From sequence record NC_054935.2: DNA of 64,000 nucleotides, one strand, 5' to 3'. Source of the stretch: Escherichia phage YUEEL01. Of this stretch, positions 1 through 9,258 are shown one piece after another. The notes beneath the pieces are model-generated. The model had not been told where the DNA came from, searched no databases, and saw only the letters and a list, made by a program, of their open reading frames with translations. The position numbers were made by a program, and so were the translations under genes. Each line of letters opens with the position of its first letter. Position 1 is the stretch's first letter.

Positions 1-1
1 A

Positions 2-1168
<1,167 letters not shown>

Positions 1169-1171
1169 GCT

Positions 1172-1201
1172 GTTTACAAGTCCCTCATGTTGTGTTATAG
1201 T
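1172..1201 (+). promoter_or_regulatory. T4-type early promoter (GTTTAC -35, TATAGT -10) upstream of alc
   Basis: GTTTAC 1172-1177, 18-bp spacer, TATAGT 1196-1201; immediately after rnlA stop. Confidence 0.6.
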
Positions 1202-1226
1202 AGACTTACTGACATAACATGAGGAC
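1172..1226 (+). repeat. copy A of ~55-bp early promoter/leader cassette
   Basis: GTTTACAAGTCCCTCATGTTGTGTTATAGTAGACTTACTGACATAACATGAGGA; differs from copy B (16636-16690) at about 3 positions. Confidence 0.8.
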
Positions 1227-1232
1227 TTTATG

Positions 1233-1736
1233 ATGGATTTACAGCTTATTACTACTGAAATGGTCGTTGAAGCATACGGTGATACTACAGATGGGATTTC
1301 TGTATTTAAAGGAAATCGTCGAGTTGGATATATCACCGATCTTAAGAAAGATTTAGCTAAGCAAGTCAAGCGGAAAACGACCATTAAAGAATATCGAAAT
1401 CGTCGTCTTGAGCAAGCCCGTGATATGCTTCCTGATGCGGTTGAGGAGATGAAAGTCTTTTTAGAAAATCAGCTTGCGAAATACGATTGTGAAGTATTCA
1501 TTAATCAGACTCAACCTAATGTTCACATTAATAGCTGTAAATGCTACATCATCGTTAATCCTTTGACGGGAAAACATCGTCTTGGAATTAGTAATCCAAA
1601 TCGTAGTGCATCAGATATGGCAGAAGATGTTGAGGCATGCTTTAAAATTTCTAAATCTCCAGCTGAACATCATATTTTAATTAACGGTCTTTCTCAAGAC
1701 GATATTGTAGAGGTTATTAAAACTTTATGCATGTAA
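1233..1736 (+). CDS. alc: Alc, host transcription shutoff protein
   Basis: 167 aa from second ATG; MDLQLITTEMVVEAYGD... resembles T4 Alc; position immediately downstream of rnlA as in T4. Confidence 0.85.
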   Translation: MDLQLITTEMVVEAYGDTTDGISVFKGNRRVGYITDLKKDLAKQVKRKTTIKEYRNRRLEQARDMLPDAVEEMKVFLENQLAKYDCEVFINQTQPNVHINSCKCYIIVNPLTGKHRLGISNPNRSASDMAEDVEACFKISKSPAEHHILINGLSQDDIVEVIKTLCM

Positions 1737-2080
1737 GTAATTTTACAGCTGGATTGCTATTACTTGTAATAGCATTTGGCGGAACATCTATTATTTTAAA
1801 AAATAAGGTAGAAAGATTAGAAACATCGGTTACTGAAATTACAAAAACAGCCAATGAAAACGCTTTAGCATTAGATAATTTGCGAATTCAGTATAATTAT
1901 ATTGATGCGATGAATAATAAAAATCGTGAGGCAATTGCTGCTATTGAGCGTGAAAATGAAAAACTGCGCAAAGATGCAAAGAAGGCGGATGTGGTGGCTC
2001 ATAAGCCAGGATTGGTTGAAAAACAAATCAACAACTCCTTCAACAAGTTCGCAGAAGACATCCAGGACCTTTCTAAATGA
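1727..2080 (+). CDS. i-spanin-like protein (N-terminal TM helix + coiled coil)
   Basis: 117 aa; hydrophobic segment FTAGLLLLVIAFGGTSIIL then heptad-like charged region; 4-bp overlap with downstream lipoprotein gene; equivalent to the T4 pseT.3/pseT.2 Rz/Rz1-type pair. Confidence 0.7.
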   Translation: MHVSNFTAGLLLLVIAFGGTSIILKNKVERLETSVTEITKTANENALALDNLRIQYNYIDAMNNKNREAIAAIERENEKLRKDAKKADVVAHKPGLVEKQINNSFNKFAEDIQDLSK

Positions 2081-2376
2081 TTAAACTATCAGCAGTAATA
2101 TTATCTATTGGTCTTCTAGTTGGTTGTTCGACAAAGCCTCTAGAAGTAAAGAAAGAAACAGTTCATCCTAATTGGCCTGTGCAAATAAAGTCATATGACG
2201 AAGCTAAACTATCTTGGCAAGTTAAAGTTATTGATGGCAAAGCTTGGGTCGGTATGCCATTTGAAGATTCCCAGGAATTTCGCATTTGGCTTAATGATGT
2301 AAAACGATATGTACATGACCAAAAAACTATGATATGTTATTATCGTCAAGAGCTAAAAGAGGATAAATGTAAATGA
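2077..2376 (+). CDS. o-spanin-like outer-membrane lipoprotein
   Basis: 99 aa; signal peptide MIKLSAVILSIGLLVGC with lipobox LVGC; C-terminal cysteines; translationally coupled to upstream i-spanin. Confidence 0.7.
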   Translation: MIKLSAVILSIGLLVGCSTKPLEVKKETVHPNWPVQIKSYDEAKLSWQVKVIDGKAWVGMPFEDSQEFRIWLNDVKRYVHDQKTMICYYRQELKEDKCK

Positions 2377-2599
2377 TTTCATGGCATCAATTTGAACATC
2401 TCAAAGGATTGATTTATGAATCTGAGATGGCTGCAATGATTTATGGACGCCAGATTCAACGATTAGAATCTTTACCTCCAACTAATGATGTTTTATTAGC
2501 TCAATCACGTGCTAATCTCAAAAATGAATATCAAAATAAGTGGGGCAAAGCATCTAAAGACCTGCATGATTATATTCAATCATTGGTTGAGAAAAATAA

Positions 2600-2603
<4 letters not shown>
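2373..2603 (+). CDS. hypothetical protein (76 aa)
   Basis: ATG-initiated ORF with 4-bp overlap to neighbours; fits T4 pseT-alc small-gene block. Confidence 0.55.
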
Positions 2604-3825
<1,222 letters not shown>

Positions 3826-3889
3826 TGGCTTTGCACCATGAAACTTGGACTATTATTAATTGGCTCGAAGAAAATTATGTGAGGTAAAT

Positions 3890-4165
3890 ATGTTTCCGAC
3901 TTACTCTAAAATCGTAGAAGTAGTGTTTAGCCAAATTATCGCTAATAATATGTTTGAAAAACTTGATAACGCAGCTGAGCTTCGAATCCACGCTCAAGTG
4001 ACTCATGTATTGAACACTTTGCTTCCAGACCAGGTGGATTCTATTGCCATTACGTTGTATCCAGGTTCCGCGCATATCATTGTTGTATTCGGTCTTGATG
4101 CTGAGCTAGTTATCAAAGGCGACATTCGCTTTGAATCTCAAACTGCGGAATTCAAAGCGATTTAA
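3890..4165 (+). CDS. hypothetical protein (91 aa)
   Basis: ORF track 3860..4165; ATG at 3890 preceded by GAGG SD chosen as start. Confidence 0.5.
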   Translation: MFPTYSKIVEVVFSQIIANNMFEKLDNAAELRIHAQVTHVLNTLLPDQVDSIAITLYPGSAHIIVVFGLDAELVIKGDIRFESQTAEFKAI

Positions 4166-4167
4166 TG

Positions 4168-4197
4168 GTTTACTTTACGGTAGAGTTGTGATATTAT
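4168..4197 (+). promoter_or_regulatory. T4-type early promoter
   Basis: GTTTAC 4168-4173, TATTAT 4192-4197 with upstream TG; precedes ORF 4228. Confidence 0.55.
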
Positions 4198-4227
4198 AGC
4201 TCTATCAAAACAAATGAGGAAATTAAA

Positions 4228-4755
4228 ATGAGCGAATGGTTTGAAGAAGATAAGGTTTATCGCTTTAAAACTGGGTATAAAGATATTTTTAATGAAACTT
4301 GCGGGGCTAATAAACGAATTGCCCAGTTTATTGGGGAAAATTCATTTAAAGTAAAAATAGATCCTGCGAAAAATGTTATTAGCATTAAACGCGAAATTGA
4401 TGACTGCTGGTATAAAGCTGTTGATGTAATGGGCGAATCCTATAAAGTTAGCCCGTTATTTTCAATTGCTTATATGTTAGAATATTCTTTTTTCGAAGAA
4501 GTTCAAAAAGATGATTCTGCCAGTAAATTTGAAATTAAAACTGATAAAGAAATTAAGTGGAAAGTAGTAGGTATTACTGGTTGTATGTTTTATATCTATG
4601 CTCAAACTGATACGAAGGAAGAAGCTAAAAATAAAGCTCTAGAATATCTTGAAGAGTATGAAGAAGGTCCGGTAATGATTACTCAAGATGCTGAATTAGT
4701 TTCTGTCAAATTAGTTAAAAACGTTGAAAGTAAGGAGCTGGGATCAACATGCTAA
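4228..4755 (+). CDS. hypothetical protein (175 aa)
   Basis: ATG with GAGGA SD; preceded by early-promoter-like element. Confidence 0.6.
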   Translation: MSEWFEEDKVYRFKTGYKDIFNETCGANKRIAQFIGENSFKVKIDPAKNVISIKREIDDCWYKAVDVMGESYKVSPLFSIAYMLEYSFFEEVQKDDSASKFEIKTDKEIKWKVVGITGCMFYIYAQTDTKEEAKNKALEYLEEYEEGPVMITQDAELVSVKLVKNVESKELGSTC

Positions 4756-4985
4756 GTGAAAAACCAATTACTGTTAAAGAATTCCAAGAAAAAGTTAAAC
4801 TATTTGCACAGGAATTAGTAAATAAGGTTTCTGAACGATTTCCTGAAACGTCGGTTCGTGTTATTACCGAAACTCCTCGTTCAGTATTAGTAATTGTGAA
4901 TCCAGGTGATGGCGATCAAATATCGCATCTTAAACTGGATTTTGATGGATTAGTTGAAGCACAAAGGGTGTATGGCGTACTATGA
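4749..4985 (+). CDS. hypothetical protein (78 aa)
   Basis: ORF overlapping neighbours by a few bp in cd-pseT block. Confidence 0.5.
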   Translation: MLSEKPITVKEFQEKVKLFAQELVNKVSERFPETSVRVITETPRSVLVIVNPGDGDQISHLKLDFDGLVEAQRVYGVL

Positions 4986-5320
4986 TGAATTTAACTGATA
5001 TAATTGATAATTGTCTTGAAAATGATACTGGCGATCATAGAGCGCTTGACTCTGAAACAGCACAGTTCATTAGAATAACTTTAATGAATGACACTCTAGT
5101 GAATAGTATTCATCCTTCTGTGTATGATGCTATTATTGTGACGAAGTATCCAGTTGAGCTTCACAAAAAGATGGTTGGCGCAATTTTTATTGATAAGAAA
5201 AACCGCTTTAAAGATGGGCAGAATATAATTAGTTCTGTTATTAAAAGTATAACTAAACTTCGTCACGAAATTTATCGTGTTGAAACTGCTAAATCTGCTT
5301 ATCTGGTGATTATGAAATGA
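4982..5320 (+). CDS. hypothetical protein (112 aa)
   Basis: ORF in cd-pseT block, 4-bp overlap with cd. Confidence 0.55.
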   Translation: MMNLTDIIDNCLENDTGDHRALDSETAQFIRITLMNDTLVNSIHPSVYDAIIVTKYPVELHKKMVGAIFIDKKNRFKDGQNIISSVIKSITKLRHEIYRVETAKSAYLVIMK

Positions 5321-5898
5321 AAGCGAGTACAGTACTTCAAATTGCATATTTAGTATCGCAGGAATCAAAATGTTGCTCCTGGAAGGTAGGAGCAGTAATT
5401 GAAAAGAATGGACGTATTATTTCTACTGGGTATAATGGTTCACCTGCAGGGGGTGTGAACTGTTGTGATTATGCTGCTGAGCAAGGTTGGTTGTTGAATA
5501 AGCCTAAACATACTATCATTCAAGGTCATAAGCCTGAATGCGTATCATTTGGTTCAACTGATCGTTTTGTCTTGGCGAAAGAACATCGTAGTGCTCACTC
5601 GGAATGGTCATCTAAAAATGAAATTCATGCTGAACTAAATGCGATTTTGTTTGCTGCACGAAATGGCTCTTCTATTGAAGGTGCTACTATGTATGTAACA
5701 CTTTCTCCTTGTCCAGATTGTGCAAAAGCGATAGCTCAATCTGGTATTAAAAAGCTGGTTTATTGCGAAACATATGATAAAAATAAACCTGGCTGGGATG
5801 ATATTCTGCGAAATGCAGGTATTGAAGTGTTTAATGTTCCTAAGAAAAACTTGAATAAGTTAAACTGGGAAAATATCAACGAATTCTGTGGTGAATAA
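5317..5898 (+). CDS. cd: dCMP deaminase
   Basis: 193 aa; cytidine/deoxycytidylate deaminase zinc motifs HAELNA and PCPDCA; length and position match T4 cd. Confidence 0.92.
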   Translation: MKASTVLQIAYLVSQESKCCSWKVGAVIEKNGRIISTGYNGSPAGGVNCCDYAAEQGWLLNKPKHTIIQGHKPECVSFGSTDRFVLAKEHRSAHSEWSSKNEIHAELNAILFAARNGSSIEGATMYVTLSPCPDCAKAIAQSGIKKLVYCETYDKNKPGWDDILRNAGIEVFNVPKKNLNKLNWENINEFCGE

Positions 5899-6134
5899 TG
5901 AAATTTCGTTTGGTACAACTCACAGCAATTAGTTCTTATTCCAACGAGAACATTTCATTTGCTGTAGAGTATAAGAAGTATTTTTTCTCTAAATGGAAGC
6001 AGTATTATAAGTCAAACTGGGTTTGTATTGATAGACCACATAGTTGGAAATCTGATTTAGAAAAATGCCAAAAATTACTTTCCACTCTTAAAGAACGTGG
6101 AACAACTCATATTAAAACTGTAATAGGTAAATAA
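5898..6134 (+). CDS. hypothetical protein (78 aa)
   Basis: ORF between cd and gene 31. Confidence 0.5.
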   Translation: MKFRLVQLTAISSYSNENISFAVEYKKYFFSKWKQYYKSNWVCIDRPHSWKSDLEKCQKLLSTLKERGTTHIKTVIGK

Positions 6135-6443
6135 ATGAAACTGACGACTGAACAAAAAGTAGCAATTCGTGAAATTTTGAAAACTAAATTGTCCATGGGT
6201 GTTTCAAACGTAGTTTTTGAAAAGTCTGATGGTACTATTCGTGTTATGAAAGGTACTCGTGATGCAGACTTTATGCCAACCATGCAAACTGGTAAATTGA
6301 CGGAATCTACTAGGAAAGAATCTACTGACATGATTCCAGTATTTGATGTTGAACTTGGTGTATGGCGAGGTTTTTCTATTGACAAATTGATTTCCGTTAA
6401 TGGTATGAAAGTTGAGCATTTGCTCCAATTTATTGGTAAATAA
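6135..6443 (+). CDS. hypothetical protein (102 aa)
   Basis: ORF between cd and gene 31. Confidence 0.55.
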   Translation: MKLTTEQKVAIREILKTKLSMGVSNVVFEKSDGTIRVMKGTRDADFMPTMQTGKLTESTRKESTDMIPVFDVELGVWRGFSIDKLISVNGMKVEHLLQFIGK

Positions 6444-6469
6444 ATGCTTTAAGAATTATTTGTTATTAT
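6444..6469 (+). promoter_or_regulatory. MotA-dependent middle promoter for gene 31
   Basis: MotA box ATGCTTTAA 6444-6452, 12-bp spacer, TATTAT 6464-6469. Confidence 0.55.
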
Positions 6470-6500
6470 TAATTCATCTGTTAACAAAAAGGAAAAAACG

Positions 6501-6836
6501 ATGTCTGAAGTACAACAGCTACCAATTCGTGCTGTCGGTGAATATGTTATTTTAGTTTCTGAACCTGCACAAGCCGGTGATGAAGAAGTTACAGAATCAG
6601 GACTTATTATCGGTAAACGTGTTCAAGGTGAAGTTCCTGAACTGTGTGTAGTTCACTCTGTCGGTCCTGATGTTCCTGAAGATTTCTGCGAAGTTGGTGA
6701 TTTGACTTCTCTTCCAGTTGGTCAAATTCGAAATGTTCCGCATCCTTTTGTAGCTCTGGGTCTTAAGCAGCCAAAAGAAATTAAACAAAAATTCGTTACT
6801 TGTCACTATAAAGCTATTCCGTGTCTTTATAAGTGA
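6501..6836 (+). CDS. 31: co-chaperonin gp31 (GroES analogue for capsid folding)
   Basis: 111 aa [30 protein letters not shown]... matches T4 gp31; middle promoter upstream. Confidence 0.92.
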   Translation: MSEVQQLPIRAVGEYVILVSEPAQAGDEEVTESGLIIGKRVQGEVPELCVVHSVGPDVPEDFCEVGDLTSLPVGQIRNVPHPFVALGLKQPKEIKQKFVTCHYKAIPCLYK

Positions 6837-6844
6837 TATAAATA
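6837..6844 (+). promoter_or_regulatory. late promoter TATAAATA upstream of rIII
   Basis: Exact TATAAATA overlapping gene 31 stop, about 140 nt upstream of rIII ATG. Confidence 0.45.
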
Positions 6845-6983
6845 ATAATATGAATTGGGTGTCGGAATAATAAGTTAACCGAACAATTCTATGTGGTAGT
6901 CTACAACTGAGAGATCTGTCGAAAGAAGATGAAATTCAGAAGAACGTGACTACCGAGTTTTAATCTCTAACGAGAATTTTTAA

Positions 6984-7232
6984 ATGATTAAACAATTACA
7001 ACACGCTCTTGAACTGCAACGAAACGCATGGAATAATGGTCACGAAAACTATGGCGCATCTATTGATGTTGAAGCCGAAGCTCTTGAAATCCTGCGTTAT
7101 TTCAAACATCTGAATCCTGCTCAAACTGCATTAGCTGCTGAGCTTCAGGAAAAAGATGAACTTAAATATGCTAAGCCTTTGGCTTCTGCTGCGCGAAAAG
7201 CAGTTCGTCACTTTGTGGTAACATTGAAGTAA
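6984..7232 (+). CDS. rIII: rIII lysis-inhibition accessory protein
   Basis: 82 aa MIKQLQHALELQRNAWNNGHENYG... matches T4 RIII. Confidence 0.9.
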   Translation: MIKQLQHALELQRNAWNNGHENYGASIDVEAEALEILRYFKHLNPAQTALAAELQEKDELKYAKPLASAARKAVRHFVVTLK

Positions 7233-7292
7233 TTTATTGGAGATTCATTGCCTTAGTGTGAGCTAAATCGAGGAGCCGTCGAACTGTCTGAT

Positions 7293-7320
7293 TAATGATT
7301 TGCGAATCATTATAGTTTTA
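7293..7320 (+). terminator. intrinsic terminator downstream of rIII
   Basis: Perfect 8-bp inverted repeat TAATGATT / AATCATTA with TGCG loop followed by TAGTTTTA. Confidence 0.5.
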
Positions 7321-7476
7321 AGACCCCGGCAGTTTTACGGTGTACCTCTTGAATGTGAATGATGACGGGTTTATGGTTATCCTGGTCGTTAAATATCCAA
7401 AAACCTATGTTCCCCTTGAGGGCTTGCGCAGGCAATGCCAATAAGTCCTGCATTTTCATTTAAAAGAGAATTTATA

Positions 7477-7653
7477 ATGGCAAAACAAGCTAAAGCAAAG
7501 AAAGCAGTTGAAAAGAAAGTTGGTGATTCTAAACGCGCTGGCTACAAGCGTGGGTCGAACTCTCGTATCAATCAAACTGTTGAGAAGATCATGCGCCGAG
7601 CACGTGCGGTTCTTCGAGATGATGCTTCTCGTTTTGGTAAGCAGAAAGCATAA
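7477..7653 (+). CDS. small highly basic protein (58 aa)
   Basis: Track ORF 7435..7653; ATG at 7477 gives MAKQAKAKKAVEKK..., Lys/Arg-rich; strong terminator directly downstream. Confidence 0.55.
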   Translation: MAKQAKAKKAVEKKVGDSKRAGYKRGSNSRINQTVEKIMRRARAVLRDDASRFGKQKA

Positions 7654-7658
7654 GTTGA

Positions 7659-7685
7659 GGACTCCTTCGGGAGTCCTTTTTTATT
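7659..7685 (+). terminator. intrinsic terminator
   Basis: GGACTCC-TTCG-GGAGTCC hairpin followed by TTTTTTATTTT, 6 nt after stop of ORF 7477..7653. Confidence 0.8.
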
Positions 7686-7706
7686 TTCCAAAGATTGCAT
7701 AAAGTT

Positions 7707-7739
7707 GTTTACAGTATGGTTCCTTTGTGATAGTATTAT
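7707..7739 (+). promoter_or_regulatory. T4-type early promoter
   Basis: GTTTAC 7707-7712, TAGTATTAT 7731-7739; precedes ORF 7764. Confidence 0.55.
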
Positions 7740-7763
7740 CTTACACAAACAAAGGAGAATAAA

Positions 7764-8096
7764 ATGAAAACGATTAATCTGAACGCTGCAGTTAAAACTA
7801 AATGCTTCAATGGTAAATATGATGAAACTATGTGGTTCTTAATGGCAGTTGAAGGTGATATTATTGAAGTAGAAACAACAGAAGGTATGGGAACAGATTT
7901 CACCTTTACAATTCAAGTTCATAATTTCTTTACTGGTTGGATTTATGAATTGAATACAGTAATCGTTGGAAAAATTGAACAAAATGAATTAGGTGAATGG
8001 TATTATGTTACAGCTCGCCAACGTGCCGAACGCTTAATTGAGAAGATGAAAAAAGTTGGTAAACTTGACATGCAGCATTGGAAAGTAGTAAAATAA
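7764..8096 (+). CDS. hypothetical protein (110 aa)
   Basis: ATG ORF with AAGGAG SD and its own early promoter. Confidence 0.6.
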   Translation: MKTINLNAAVKTKCFNGKYDETMWFLMAVEGDIIEVETTEGMGTDFTFTIQVHNFFTGWIYELNTVIVGKIEQNELGEWYYVTARQRAERLIEKMKKVGKLDMQHWKVVK

Positions 8097-8098
8097 TT

Positions 8099-8127
8099 GT
8101 TTACTTTGGTACAGGATATGATATTAT
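8099..8127 (+). promoter_or_regulatory. T4-type early promoter
   Basis: GTTTAC 8099-8104, 17-bp spacer, TATTAT 8122-8127; precedes ORF 8165. Confidence 0.55.
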
Positions 8128-8164
8128 ATACCTGTACCGCAATTAAACATCTTGGAGAATAAAA

Positions 8165-8530
8165 ATGAACTACATCAACTTTGAACGTAAATATGTTTCT
8201 AATGGTATTGCAGGTTCTATTGATACTATTTGCCTTTGGAAACATCAAAATGGATCAGTATGCGAAATTGAGCAGTATATGACTCCTAATTACGTTTATA
8301 TGCGATTTGAAAACGGTATCACGGTTTCAATCACGATGGAAGGTTCCAACTTTAAAATCGCTCTGGATGATGATTTCCGTGAACGCGATTTAGGGACTCA
8401 TCCTTGCTGGAATGGCGTTAATCGCAAGCTTTTGGTTAAAACTTGGATTCGTCATATTCTGAGTAACAGAGCTAAACCTGAGCATCTTGAAGCAATCTTT
8501 GATGTAGTTCTTAACGAATTTGATATTTAA
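8165..8530 (+). CDS. hypothetical protein (121 aa)
   Basis: ATG ORF with GGAG SD and its own early promoter. Confidence 0.6.
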   Translation: MNYINFERKYVSNGIAGSIDTICLWKHQNGSVCEIEQYMTPNYVYMRFENGITVSITMEGSNFKIALDDDFRERDLGTHPCWNGVNRKLLVKTWIRHILSNRAKPEHLEAIFDVVLNEFDI

Positions 8531-8538
8531 AATAAATG

Positions 8539-8554
8539 AGGGGCTTTGGCCCCT
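8539..8554 (+). promoter_or_regulatory. GC-stem hairpin between ORFs (attenuator/processing structure?)
   Basis: AGGGGC-TTTG-GCCCCT; no following U-tract; lies just upstream of SD of ORF 8571. Confidence 0.4.
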
Positions 8555-8570
8555 TACTGAGGAAAATGTT

Positions 8571-8858
8571 ATGTTTATGACTACTTATTTTGATACCCGT
8601 AAAAACTTCTGCGAAGTAGTTTTCTCAAAGGCGCCTAAAGACCTTCCTGCACATTTGCAACCTACTAGCGAATCGATTAAAAACTACGTTGATGTGGTTT
8701 GTCCTTTAGAGTTTCGTACTGTAAATGGGCGCGATACTTTAGCTATCACTAAACTCAATCGTGAAATTGACATTGACCCTTCAATTGCACGTGAAATTAA
8801 TAGTTCTGATATTAATGGCGGTAATGTTAAATCGCACGGTTTTCAGATGAGGTTTTAA
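8571..8858 (+). CDS. hypothetical protein (95 aa)
   Basis: Track ORF begins at TTG 8520; ATG at 8571 with GAGGA SD preferred; hairpin lies between previous stop and this start. Confidence 0.5.
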   Translation: MFMTTYFDTRKNFCEVVFSKAPKDLPAHLQPTSESIKNYVDVVCPLEFRTVNGRDTLAITKLNREIDIDPSIAREINSSDINGGNVKSHGFQMRF

Positions 8859-9055
8859 TGAAATTCTTTTTAGGTCAAACTGTTGAATTAAAGGGAGTTG
8901 GTATACCTGGATTAATTTCTAAGGTTCTACCTTCGTTTAAATGGAGTGGTATTCAAATAAAAGAGGCTTATATTGTTTCTTGGGTAGATGGAAATGAAGA
9001 CCTTCGTATGGGCGATGAATTATCTCCTATCTACGGATTAAAGGAATTAGTATGA
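8858..9055 (+). CDS. hypothetical protein (65 aa)
   Basis: ATG ORF, overlapping stop/start with neighbours. Confidence 0.5.
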   Translation: MKFFLGQTVELKGVGIPGLISKVLPSFKWSGIQIKEAYIVSWVDGNEDLRMGDELSPIYGLKELV

Positions 9056-9258
9056 ATATAATTAATAAGATTTTTGGAATTCAGTACATTAAGGTCACAT
9101 ATAAAGTAACAGATAAAAATCCGTATACTGATGAACACGAAGAACCGCAAGTTAAGTCTATTATATTAGAAAAAGGCAGTGACTGGCCAGTTGAATTTCG
9201 TCTACCAAACTGTGGTCATTGGGCTGATGTTGAAATTATAAGCATTGAAAATGTCTGA
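9052..9258 (+). CDS. hypothetical protein (68 aa)
   Basis: ATG ORF, 4-bp overlap with upstream gene. Confidence 0.5.
   Translation: MNIINKIFGIQYIKVTYKVTDKNPYTDEHEEPQVKSIILEKGSDWPVEFRLPNCGHWADVEIISIENV

Noticed and set aside
7508-7702. 64-aa ORF in alternative frame overlapping the basic-protein gene and running through the terminator hairpin
   Set aside because: Overlaps a better-supported ORF in another frame and extends across a strong terminator; no SD
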